A DNA stretch of 64,000 bases from Ostrea edulis. Its lineage: Eukaryota. The DNA is taken from the NCBI RefSeq assembly GCF_947568905.1, contig NC_079165.1, positions 86,118,001-86,182,000 on the forward strand, read 5' to 3'. Shown piece after piece: positions 1 through 12,030 of the stretch. The notes beneath the pieces were generated by a model, which saw only the letters and a program-made list of their open reading frames with translations, was not told where the DNA came from and made no database searches. The translations under genes and the position numbers were made by a program. Numbering within the stretch: the stretch's first letter is position 1; every line of letters begins with the position of its first letter.

Positions 1-260
1 GAATTAATTTTCAATCTGTGCGATACTTTATGCGGTCACTGTTAACATATCAAAAGTCCTCTAGGTGGAAACCCCTGAAATTTGAGTTCAAACTTTGAAA
101 AAAAATCTTGTTACACCATACCACGAAGCAGCTTCCATACACCCATAATTCTGCTTTTGATGACGTCATATAAACAGCGTGTTATTATGACTGAACTACA
201 AAAATGAAAACCACCCTCGCCGCATTTTAAACTCCATATCCTCCACATTAGATCATCTTT

Positions 261-1358
261 TGAGAGGATAGCTTACTTTGCATTCACAGGACTCATTTGT
301 AATAAACAGAGAGGATATAGCTGACTTTATATTCCAATAGACAGAGATAATACCTTACTTTATATTCCAATAGACAGAGAGAAAATAGCTTATTGTATAT
401 TCCAATAGACAGAGAGAATATTTTACTTTATATTCCAATAGACAGAGAGATAATAGCTTACTTTATATTCCAATAGACAGAGAGAAGATAGCGTACTTTA
501 TATTTCAATAGACAGAGAGGATATCTTACTTTATATTCCAATAGTCAGAGAGATGATATCGTACTTTATATCCAATAGACAAAGAGAGAATAGCTTACTT
601 TATATTCCAATAGACAGAGAGGATAGCTTTATATTCCAATAGACAGAGATAGTAGCTTACTTTATATTCCAATAGACAGAGAGATGATAGCGTACTTTAT
701 ATTCCAATAGACAGAGAGAGGATAGCTGACTTTATATTTCAATAGACAGAGAGGATATCGTACTTTATATTCCAATAGTTAGAGAGAGGATAGGGTACTT
801 TATATTCCAACAGACAGAGAGGATATCGTAGTTTATATTCCAATAGACAGAGAGAGGATAGCGTACTTTATATTCCAATAGACAGAGAGAAGATATCGTA
901 CTTTATATTCCAATAGACAGAGAGGATATCGTACTTTATATCCAATAGACAGAGAGAATAGCGTACTTTATATTCCAATAGACAGAGAGGATAGCTTACT
1001 TTATTCCAATAGTCAGAGAGGATATCCTACTTTATATCCAATAGACAGAGAGGATAGCTTACTTTATATTCCAATAATCAGAGAGGATATCCTACTTTAT
1101 ATCCAATAGACATAGAGGATAGCTTACTTTATATTCCAATAGTCAGAGAGGATAGCTTACTTTATATTCCTATAGACAGAGAGGATATCGTACTTTATAT
1201 TCCAATAGACAGAGAGGATATCCTACTTTATATCCAATATACAGAGAGGATAGCTTACTTTATATTCCAATAGACAGAGAGAGTAGCTTACTTTATATTC
1301 CAATAGACCGAGAGAGGATAGCGTACTTTATATTCCAATAGTCAGAGAGGATAGCCTA
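261..1358. repeat. Minisatellite, ~30-34-bp unit (actttatattccaatagacagagaggatagc(g/t)t)
   Basis: Head-to-tail degenerate copies with variable (GA)n length; same family as 45451-49400. Confidence 0.95.
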
Positions 1359-1879
1359 TTTTGTGATGCATATTTCATTCAGAGGTGTGAAATCACACCA
1401 AAAAAAAAAAATTACGGATGAGATTTTTATAAAATTAAACTCATTTCCAACGCACTGAATAGAAAATGGAAATTGAATAAGTTCACTTGCATTTTATCTC
1501 CGTCAACATGCCAATTGATGATATATCAACACGAGAATTAGTTATTAAAATGCATGTTTGTTGACCCTCAAACTAATTATGTCAGTATGCTAGTCAGTTA
1601 TAAAAATAAATAATGTTATGATCCTCAATAAATAATATGACCCTAAATAAATAATGATATGACCCTCAAATTAATTATGTCAAGATGTTAATCATTATAT
1701 AATCAATTGTATATTGTATCAATATGCTAATCAATGACGTTAACACATTTCTTCGGTATATCAATATGTTTGTCAATTGCCAAAACAATAGCCGATGGTT
1801 TAAAACTGCTAGGTATATCAACATGTTGGTCAACCTTGACAGCATGATAGTCATTTATATCATCACGCTAGTCAGTTAT

Positions 1880-4016
1880 ATCATCATACTAATCAATTAT
1901 ATCATCATGTGAGTCAATTATATCATCACACTAGTCAATTACATCATCACACTAGTCAATTACATCATCATGTGAGTCAATTATATCATCACACTAGTCA
2001 ATTATATCATCACACTAGTCAATTATATCGTACTAGTCAATTATATCATACTAGTCAATTATATCATCATGTTAGTCAATTACATCATCAGGCGAAACAA
2101 TTATATCATCATGTGAGTCAATTATATATTCATACTGGTCAATTATATCATACTAGTAAATTATATCGTACTAATCAATTATATCATCATACTAGTCAAT
2201 TATATCATCATGTGAGTCAATTATATCATACTAGACAATTATATCATCACGTGAGTCAATTATATCATCATACTAGTCAATCATATCATCACACTAGTCA
2301 ATTATATCATACTAGTCAATTATTTCATCACACTAGTCAATTATGTCATAGTAGTCAATTATATCATCATATTAGTCAATTATATCATCATATTAGTCAA
2401 TTATATCATATGAGTCAATTATATCATCACGCTAGTCAATTATATTATCACACTAGTCAATTATGTCATATTAGTCAATTATATCATCATACTAGTCAAT
2501 TATATCATCATACTAGTCAATTATATCATCACACTAGTCAATTATATCATACTAGTCAATTATATCGTACTAGTCAATTATATCATACTAGTCAATTATA
2601 TCATCATACTAGTCAATTATATCATCACACTAATCAATTATATCGTCATATTAGTCAATTATATCATCATACTAGTCAATTATATCATACTAGTCAATTA
2701 TATCATCATACTAGTCAATTATTTCATCACACTAGTCAATTATATCATCATACTAGTCAATTATATCATACTAGTCAATTACATCATCATGTGAGTCAAT
2801 TATATCATCATATTAGTCAATTATATCATCATACTAGTCAATTATATCATCATACTAGTCAATTATATCATACTAGTCAATTATATCATCATACTAGTCA
2901 ATTATATTATCACACTAGTCAATTATATCATACTAGTCAATTATATCGTACTAGTCAATTATATCATACTAGTCAATTATATCATCATACTAGTCAATTA
3001 TATCATCACACTAATCAATTATAGCATGCCAGTCAATTACATCATCATGTGAGTCAATTATATCATCACACTAGTCAATTATATCATCACACTAGTCAAT
3101 TATATCGTACTAGTCAATTATATCATACTAGTAAATTATATCATCATGTGAGTCAATTACATCATCAGGCGAAACAATTATATCATCATGTGAGTCAATT
3201 ATATATTCATACTGGTCAATTATATCATTACACTAGTCAATTATATCGTACTAGTCAATTATATCACCACACTAGTCAATTATATCATCATGTGAGTCAA
3301 TTATATCATACTAGTCAATTATATCATCATGTGAGTCAATTATATCATACTAGACAATTATATCATCATGTGAGTCAATTATATTATCATACTAGTCAAT
3401 TATATCATCATACTAGTCAATTATATCATAATAGTCAATTACATCATCATGTGAGTCAATTATATCCTCACACTAGTCAATTACATCATCATACTAGTGA
3501 ATTATATCATCATACTAATCAATTATATCATACTAGTCAATTATATCAGACTAGTCAATTATATCATCATACTAGTCAATTATATCATCATGTGAGTCAA
3601 TTATATCATCATGTGAGTCAATTATATCATACTAGTCAATTATATCATGCTAGTCAATTATATCATGTGAGTCAATTATATCATACTAGACAATTATATC
3701 ATCATGTGAGTCAATTATATCATCATACTAGTCAATTATATCATCATACTAGTTAATTATATCATCATACTAGTCAATTATATCATCATACTAGTCAATT
3801 ATATCATACTAGTCAATTATATCATCATGTGAGTCAATTATATCATATTAGTCAAGTATATCATCATGTGGGTCAATTATATCATATTAGTCAATTATAT
3901 CATCATACTAGTCAAGTATATCATGATGTGAGTCAATTATATCATACTAGTCAATTATATCATCATACTAGTCAATTATATCATAATGTTAGTCAATTAT
4001 ATCATACTAGTCAATT
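1880..4016 (+). repeat. Minisatellite, 18/21-bp units (agtcaattatatcat[cat]act), translating as (SQLYH[H]T)n
   Basis: About 100 tandem units; ORFs 1909-3024, 3049-3756 and 3829-4026 share one frame; degenerate units continue leftward to ~1590. Confidence 0.95.
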
Positions 4017-4049
4017 AATCTTTTGATTCAGTACAATAAAAATGTGAAG

Positions 4050-4700
4050 ATTACGAACAGTGACCAATCTAAAAAAAACTATCATGAAGAATAACTAATT
4101 AATAATAGAGCAAACACGGACCCCTGGACACACCAGAGGTGGGATCAAGTGTTTAGGGAGAGTAAACATACCCTATCGACCGGTCACACTTGCCATGGGC
4201 CTCATATTTTGATCAGGTAAACGGAATATGTAATTAAATGTTTGTAAAGAACGGCCTGTCAATTGGTATGGAATACATCAGACAGCATTCGCCATATTGG
4301 CATGCTGTAATTGCAAATATACGAAAGCCCAGAAGGCTCTTTCGACATTCAGATTTTGAATGTCGAATGAGCCTTCTGGGATTTCATGCAAATTAGATCG
4401 TTATAATAACGACCATAGAATTTAAGAAATGCTGACTTTGAACGAGGCTGTTGATGCCTTACGAACTTATTTGTTAGTTGCCTATCTCGATTATTAAATG
4501 CATAACAAGCTCTCGCGCATCCAACCAACTGTGAGACATACCGGTAAATACCATATGAACTTGATTAATGGAATATTGATAAAACATTGGAAGTTAACAA
4601 TACAAAGCTGTTTGTTTAAAATTTGAGTTGTTAGTGTTCCGTTAATGTCTATGTTCAATAATCCTCCAAATGGACCTCGCATGAAAATATATTGATCTTT
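4050..4700 (-). mobile_element. Penelope-like retroelement fragment (RT C-terminus plus 3' tail)
   Basis: Minus strand encodes remnant DINGTLTTQ; shares the ccagaggtgggatca...gaccggtcacac tail with many dispersed copies in the window. Confidence 0.6.
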
Positions 4701-4725
4701 CATTTCATGCTAGGACTATATTCAC

Positions 4726-6021
4726 TTAAGAAATAAGATATCATTTTTGAATATTGTTGGGATATGACATGAATTTGGTCACGTGATCAAATCCTATAAC
4801 GTCCAAAGGGCGTTATAGTAAATTTGATCACGTACCAACTTCATGTCATATTCCAATAACAGTCAAAAATGATATTTTATTTCTTATATTTATATTTTCT
4901 ATTTTGATTTGTGTTCTTACCGAGCTTCCATGATTATGTAGCAGATGACCAAAATAACGATCGTAGAACACAAAATATAGTTCGTCAGAGTTTTATCGAA
5001 TAAAAAATTAGGAACAATATCAAAGAGAATATGATATAGATATTTAATTGAAAATGTTAACAAAAGACGAAACATGTGTAAAATAAAGGTAATTTAGAGC
5101 CTAAAGTTAACTGAGATGACGACAAGAAGAGTGGAGTAAACTACATCCGTGATGTGATTTGGTCGCGATCAGCGATGGAGAAACTGGTGTCGGTCTAGCT
5201 TACTGAGTTGAAAACGCAATTGTTGATCACAGATTTCGACAGAAATTCAAAGGATCCGAGAGAATTTATGGTGGATATGATGGGTCAAGTTAACGTTAAG
5301 CTCTTAGTCAGGTTTTTGGAAAGAAACAACGGTATGTTCATCGTTAGGACTCGCGGTTGTAGCCATGCAGGAGACGATTCAAGGCAGTAGGACAGATTTA
5401 GACAAAATTCAGGTAGGTTGCGTCTTTTATTTACCTTCAGTGTGTGTAAAAGAAAATAAGAACGATCTGACAGACTTTTTGTTCACTTGAGAGATTTCTG
5501 TTGTAGGATTTTAATGAAGACTCGCACCGGTACCCTGACATGAACATGTAAATTTTTCGAGCCTCGAAACCAGCCTCGCTTATGATCATGCCGAGTCATA
5601 GCCGTGATGGAAGTTGCCAGGAAACAACAGGTTAACTTATCATCATAAAGTAAATAGGCTTATAACTCTGCCTACATGTTTTCGCTTCCAATATCATAGA
5701 ACTTTTTTAATTCGCCATGCAGAAGTTGCAGACGGTATTTAAAACTGTATAGAATGAAACAAGATAATGCTATGTTTAATGTTTCTGTTTTATAAATTGA
5801 TGAAATTCTTGTTTGTTTACAAAATAAAATCTGTATAAATATCCTGCTGTGTTTGTTTCTGTTATGTCATTGCAGTGGCGGATCGAACTGACTTTTGAAG
5901 CGGTGATTGTATTCATACGCAAGAACAAACTGATCACGTGACCAAGTTCATGTCACACGAAATTGAACATCGATTTCATTAGTACTGTCATATAAGGAAG
6001 TGCATTGGCAAATGTAAATAT
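4726..6021. mobile_element. Non-autonomous element with terminal fold-back hairpin (possibly Crypton-like)
   Basis: Absent from copy 2 (empty site attcac|tagggattgac near 53065); imperfect 160-bp palindrome at 4727-4886; partial third arm at 5931-5960. Confidence 0.65.
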
Positions 6022-6264
6022 TAGGAATTGACATCCTCAAAAGGCCATATACATGTATGTGTATTGTCTTCGTTCTTGCACAATACAATTCCAGTTAGAA
6101 TATCATGAACTCATATCCTAAATTGGATCAAACTAATTGCATGTGCAGATGTTTTAGTCTGAATAGTTTTTTTAAAAAAATGGATCCAAGTTTAAGTTTT
6201 ATGAATTATATTCAAATCTAAATTGTGGAATGTGAAACCATTATTTCACTACCACAAATATACT

Positions 6265-6560
6265 CACAAAACTAAATCCTACATGAACAAGAGATAGGTG
6301 TCTATAATCCTAATCGAACAAGAGATAGGTGCTTATAATCCTACACGAACAAGAAATAGGTCATAAAATCCTTCACGGACAAGAAATAGGTGCATAGAAT
6401 CCTACACGAACAGGAAATAAATGCATAAAATCCTACAAGACCAAGATAGTTGCATAAAATCCTACAAGACCAAGATAGGTGCATAAAATCCTACAAGACC
6501 AAGATAGGTGCATACAATCCTACAAGAACAAGAGATAGGTGCATAAAATCCAACACGAAC
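6265..6560. repeat. Minisatellite, ~30-bp unit (aatcctacacgaacaagagataggtgcataa)
   Basis: About 10 tandem copies; shorter paralog at 53320-53500. Confidence 0.9.
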
Positions 6561-6738
6561 AAGAGATAGGTGCATTAACTTCCTGGTCCTACTTAAATCT
6601 AGGAAGTGATTGTTCCTTCGCCAAGCGCTAAGCATTTACAAGTGAGAATCACAGTTATCTCTGATATAGGAGTTCAGAGATTGATCACTGTTTGTTATCT
6701 TCACTTTTCATGACCTAAACAACAAAAACACAAATAAA

Positions 6739-7640
6739 AACAAGAGGCCCACAGGCCTTATCGGTCACCTGAATACTAGTGAAAAAGTATCACTATTTCC
6801 ATGGGCTATGAAATCTAGAAAAACTTTCCTATTCTGAACATCCAAGCTAAATTCTAATGTTCAGCAACAGTATAAAACAAGATGTGTTCTTAAAACTTCA
6901 CTGCCCTCAAAAGTGCATACACTGCTGAAAGGCTTTAAATAATAGGTGTATTTACGTTAAAACATCAAAATGTGTGAATAATTTGAACTCACCTAAAGTC
7001 ATAATGCTGGGGTGTGAAATTCACCATTTTTTTGTACATTCTTTTCTGCTATTCCTAAGTATGCATTTAAATTTTATACAGTATCAGCAAACTTACATAT
7101 AAATACTATATACTAAGTTTGGCTCCACCCTGGGATCAAACCCTTACTCTGGGGGAAATCAAATTTACAATTTTGGTAAAAGACTACCTGCTCTATACAT
7201 TTAGTTTCAATTTAGTATCAAGAGCACTAAAGAAGATGCTATTTAAGTGTTTTACATATAAACACTATACAACAAGTTTGGCCCCGCCCTGCGGTCAGAA
7301 CCCCTACTCCGAGGATCATGAAATTTATAATTTTGGTAGTGGCCTTCCTGCTCTTCATCACTATGCATTTAGGTTTTCTTACATGTGTGTGGTTCTTGAG
7401 AAGATTTTTTGAAAAGTGGTCAATTTTGGGCAGTTTTTGCCCCGCCTCTAGAGCCCCAGGGGTGCAGGAGTCCTGAAATTTACAATTGATGTTCCCCTTG
7501 TCCAAATGATGCTTCATACCAAATTGAAAAGAATTGGACTGGTAGTTATTAAGAAGTTAAAAATGTTCAATTGTTAAAGCACAACGCACGACGGACGACG
7601 ACGGACGAAAACCAATTGCAATAGGTGACCTGAGTTTACT
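6739..7640. mobile_element. Helentron-type non-autonomous element (HINE/CvA-like)
   Basis: Starts aacaagaggccc...ggtcacctga; internal ~140-bp repeats (tttggccccgccc); ends (gacg)n...caataggtgacctgag; absent from copy 2. Confidence 0.65.
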
Positions 7641-7839
7641 TGCATATATTATCATATCATATCATGTAAAGCATTGATCACAATTTTCGAGATGAGGAAA
7701 GATTTAAGGATACAACAAAAGTGTCTCTGTTGGACAAATCACTTCATATAGAAAAGCAACTTTTAAAAATGATATGTCGAAGTTCCACTCAAATTTTCAT
7801 GAACCGATTACTGTTATCATCACAAGATATAGTAAATTA

Positions 7840-9069
7840 TCATGAACCGATGACTGCCATCATCACAAGATATAGTAAATTATTAGAAACCAATAAAACA
7901 ACGAAAAGAATTAAAAACAGTCTGTCGAAAGCTAATCCAACATCGTTCCAAGTGACGGTCCATGCGACGTCACTGCCCGCGTCATCGTTTACACATTCTA
8001 CTGCAGATTTCTCCGTATCCCCATACTTTTGTATTGACGCTGTAGATATTTTACGTTCACGACACATTATCACGCCGCGGGTGAAACTCTTCAGTCTGGC
8101 GGAAATCTCCTTGTCGTCTGCTTTATGGTAGAAATTCATCCCAAATACCACGGCTATCATCATAGCACAACCAAGCAACATGTCGACCAAAAGTTTGTAA
8201 GTTAAATACGATACATTCGGTTCTGATGCCTCGGGTAGCTTGTCTTGTATTATTGTGAGGAACACAGCGACAGCCAGTAAAACGGTGATAGAAAATCCCA
8301 TCCTCTCTCCGGACTCCACGGGCAAAACGAACACTAAAATCTGAAGAAAATTCATGAAACAGATAGGTAGAATTAACCCGGCGATGTAATACTCGGTTCT
8401 TCGCTTCATGTTGATTTCCAGTCGAAGTTCCTCAAAATTATACACGTTGACGTGATAATATAGACGAGTGCTTGTGAGAGACCACAATCCATTCTCCTCG
8501 TACAACAGCATGTCAAATGTAGAAGATCTTGGCCTAAGAATAATATCTGACGGGCTTAGAGCGGGAACATAAAATTTCAAGGTGCACGTCTGCGAATCAA
8601 ACGGGTAATAAGTGACGTCAGCATCACAAGTGGCTTCATAAAGGTCAGGAGGTGAACATGAAACTTCTCCTTTAGAGGATACTTTGCAAGACATTCCGTC
8701 TAATAGTACCTTTCTAAATTTATCGTATGGATTCATCAAAACCAGAAAAGGTACCCAAATATCAGATATAAAGAGTGTTGTATCGTACAGGTCTCCACCA
8801 TAGTTGGTAGGGTTCCATGCGAGTCGGGAATCTGTCCATTGAAGACTAAGTGATCCCACAATACCAATTTTACTTAGTCCTTCCGAAAAGTCTTTCAAAC
8901 TGGTCAGGAAGAATTTGATATCAATTTGCAGGGGGGTCGTTCTGTCGATTCCTGGCCTTACCCTTCGATCGTATCCCGGGGTAAGGTTTGTGTGAAGTTG
9001 TGTCTGATCTTGGATGGTATATCCGTCCACACAGCAGAAATAACATAAAACTATCAGCAAGCCTCTCAT
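7840..9069 (-). CDS. Single-exon nAChR-like Cys-loop ligand-gated ion channel subunit, non-alpha (gene A, 409 aa)
   Basis: Signal peptide MRGLLIVLCYFCCVDG; Cys loop CDADVTYYPFDSQTC (C-x13-C); M1-M3 with ESGERMGFSITVLL; M4 after WNDVG; no vicinal CC in loop C; start set at ATG 9069 by comparison with paralogs. Confidence 0.93.
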   Translation of the reverse strand: MRGLLIVLCYFCCVDGYTIQDQTQLHTNLTPGYDRRVRPGIDRTTPLQIDIKFFLTSLKDFSEGLSKIGIVGSLSLQWTDSRLAWNPTNYGGDLYDTTLFISDIWVPFLVLMNPYDKFRKVLLDGMSCKVSSKGEVSCSPPDLYEATCDADVTYYPFDSQTCTLKFYVPALSPSDIILRPRSSTFDMLLYEENGLWSLTSTRLYYHVNVYNFEELRLEINMKRRTEYYIAGLILPICFMNFLQILVFVLPVESGERMGFSITVLLAVAVFLTIIQDKLPEASEPNVSYLTYKLLVDMLLGCAMMIAVVFGMNFYHKADDKEISARLKSFTRGVIMCRERKISTASIQKYGDTEKSAVECVNDDAGSDVAWTVTWNDVGLAFDRLFLILFVVLLVSNNLLYLVMMAVIGS

Positions 9070-10199
9070 GTTTGTATTGTGGTATCTTCCAGTTGCTGTG
9101 GATATCACAGAAACATCGTGTTTTTTTAAAATAGATTTGTTTATCGTGTATATTTAGATACATCCGACTGGAAGGGAGCTTTAAAGCTTGGCAAAAGTTT
9201 CGTTTGACTCGCCTCGGCCAATTTAGAATTTCAACGTATTTTACATTAACATATGATGTCTCTTAAGTAAATGCCCTATATCTTGTTATTGATAGAGGAC
9301 GTTTTCCACTGTAAATACTGTGTAAATAAGTATTTTAGTAAAATAGTATTTGTCATCCATGGAAATATAAACGAAATGAAAACTGCCTGTCCCTTTCAAT
9401 TTTCTATCAATATTAAATCTTTTACATGTACAGTATACTTTTGGATACAGTCCGACTCTACAAAGGTTTAGTGACTGGCTCACGTGCGATAATATTTAGA
9501 TTTATTTAAAAAGAAATCCATTTTCAAACACATCGACTAGATTTAGCGAGCTTTCACTGTTCCGAAGTAGGAAATTCGCTGTCTATTGCCAGTCATGTGA
9601 GGGAATCACGGCTTCGCTCTATCCAATATGAATCAAAAGTGACACGCAAAACACAACAAAGGTTAAAGAACCCAGTGTTGAAATGTAACGAGATTTTAAT
9701 AAGGTTGTCAATAGACATCAGAATGCATAACTGAAATCCAGTGAACGTGAAATATCTGCAATGTGGTCCTGTATAACACCACCTTGTATGATAGGTACTT
9801 CAATACTGTATCATAACCGACACCTCTATTTATGATGTAGAATTGGCTGGTATTGGAAATCAATTTACAGAATCAAAAGGTGATTCGACAGAGCCTGATG
9901 TTGAGCTATCTAGGACGACATTTAGTTACAGGTAGCTTTAAAGGTACCGATAGATAAGATTTATTTGCTATCAAACTAACATGGTTAATGTATCTATAGC
10001 GGCGGTGTACAACTAATTAAGTAATGTAAACTAAATGTAATTTCACTCTACACTAAAGCCTATATACCGAAATTAAATGTCATTCTTGGTTAAAACACTT
10101 GGCTATTTTCGGTCAACCTTATTTGTAGAATGTATGTATTGCACGCGCCTACTCTCCACGAGGTCAGAAAGAAAATAATGACGTCGGTAAGTTTTAACA

Positions 10200-11260
10200 T
10201 TAAGTACATGAAAAGTAAACATAACAAACAGTGATCAATTTCACAAATCCTATAAAGAATACAAAATATTGAGAGTAGGACAGTCAAGAACCTCTGGACA
10301 CATCAGAAGTGGGATCAAGTGCCTAGGAGGATTACCGGGTAAGCATCCTCTGTTGACCAGTCACACCCGCCTAGATGCCCCTATCTTGTCAGATCAGGTA
10401 AACGGGGTAATATGTAGTAAAAAATCAGTATGTAATGTTTGGCCCAATAATTGGTATGAAGCACGTCAGAAAGCATTCAGCCTAACGACAGTTTGTATTT
10501 GTATATCTACAAATTCTATATATTTCACATGTATAGGAATCATGACAAACAGGATGATTTCAGCTTCTCCATCGTCAACTTCCCATATTTATGTAGAATA
10601 TTCCATTATATCCTGCATATCGTGTTTATATATCTCAACTGATTCGATATGCAAGAGCTTGTTCTGCGTATAGTCAGTTTTTAAATCGACGTAAGCTACT
10701 GACAAACAAGTTGATGGTACAAGGGTTTCAGCAGTCTCGATTGAAGTCAGCATTTCGCTAATTCTATGGTCGTTATAACGATCTAGTTCGTCAATACCAC
10801 CTATCATTGGGTCAATTGCTGTCTGGCGTGTTTCATACCGATTGGTAAGCCGTTTTTGGCACACTGATTTTGACTGCGGTAACTCCGTTTACCTGAACAG
10901 TATATAAGGCTCACCGCGGGTGTGACCGGTCGACAGGGGATGCTTATTCCTCCATAACATACTGGTAGTATTGATATCTGTATCAAAATTTAATGTAAAC
11001 AATTAAACATGTATACATCTTTAATGTAAAAATTCGAACCAAAATTCGAGGGAAAAAAAAACAAAAACTCGAAATCAAAAATACCACGGAATCGTCCACT
11101 TCTGCTTCATACTTAGATATTTTTATTGAGAATAGATATCAACGGTAAACTAACAACTCAACTTTATGATAAACGGAATTTCAACTTCTCCATTGTCAAC
11201 ATCCGATATTTATGTACCATGTAATATCCCATTATCACCTGCATATACATTCTCTACCCA
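10200..11260. mobile_element. Penelope-like fragments in both orientations
   Basis: Remnants of DINGKLTTQLYDKR and FSFSIVNFPYL...SQLIRY motifs plus the shared tail sequence. Confidence 0.6.
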
Positions 11261-11819
11261 GAGTTCCGTGCGCTCCTCGCACTACACCTCTGTCAACGGC
11301 TTTTTACAGAAATCTTGTAAAAGTTTCTATTATCTAACATTTATGTTTTGGACTATTATGATATGTTTTTGGTCCAGTTAAATTGATGCTTACTGTAAAT
11401 TGTTTAAAATCACCGTTTTCTGATCATAAATTTGGAACTACTTCGTAATATGCGTATGAATGTAGGACATACACGTGGTGGCGATTTAAATGGAAACATG
11501 GAATCAAAAGTAAGAAAGGCTGTAAAAATACGATAAAACTTGTAAAATATGAGACAAACAGCTAAATGTAAATATGCACTTATTAAAGTGTCAGTGGGTT
11601 ATGAAAAGAGTCTGGTGTATCACCTGTTGCCAGGATTTTTAAAGGGAAAGGAAACCGAAAATGATTGTTTATATCATGTGATTATATTGTCACGTGATTT
11701 CAAGTGTTGACAGAGGTGTATGTGAAGCTTGCGTAACACGCCCTCTGGTGAGAGAATGCTGCATATGGTGTTTATACGAATACCTCTTAACTGATTCGAT
11801 ACACAAAAAATTGCGCTCA

Positions 11820-12030
11820 AAATCACACGGCCTCTCACCTCTGTCGGCGCGAATCCCGCTCGCGCCGGTAAGTGAGAAAGTTTCCCAGTTTTCTTTCGGA
11901 AGGTCGGTTGTCTCTTCCCAGGTACATTGTATCGGCGCTCTCTTTTCCACCAATAAAAACTGGGCGCCACCAGATAACTGAAAAATTGTTGAGTGTGGCG
12001 GGAAAACACAAATCAATCAATCAATCGATA
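11820..12030 (+). mobile_element. 5'-truncated tRNA-derived SINE (V-domain-like)
   Basis: gcgaatccc B-box-like remnant; core ttccaccaataaaaactgggcgccaccagataactgaaaaattgttgagtgtggcg; (aatc)n tail. Confidence 0.6.

Noticed and set aside
261-1358. CRISPR-like array of ~30-bp repeats (also 45451-49400)
   Set aside because: Units are head-to-tail with no unique spacers, there are no cas genes and the context is eukaryotic; it is a minisatellite
7797-7882. 43-bp tandem duplication of the gene A 3' end
   Set aside because: The second copy lies beyond the stop codon and does not change the protein
7721-8131. Plus-strand ORFs overlapping receptor 3' ends (also 15733-15942, 54012-54293)
   Set aside because: Antisense shadows of the receptor CDS with no independent protein features
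9070-9108. N-terminal extension of gene A in the ORF track (and the 44218 start for gene C)
   Set aside because: Non-ATG starts; paralogs and signal peptides place the starts at 9069 and 44257
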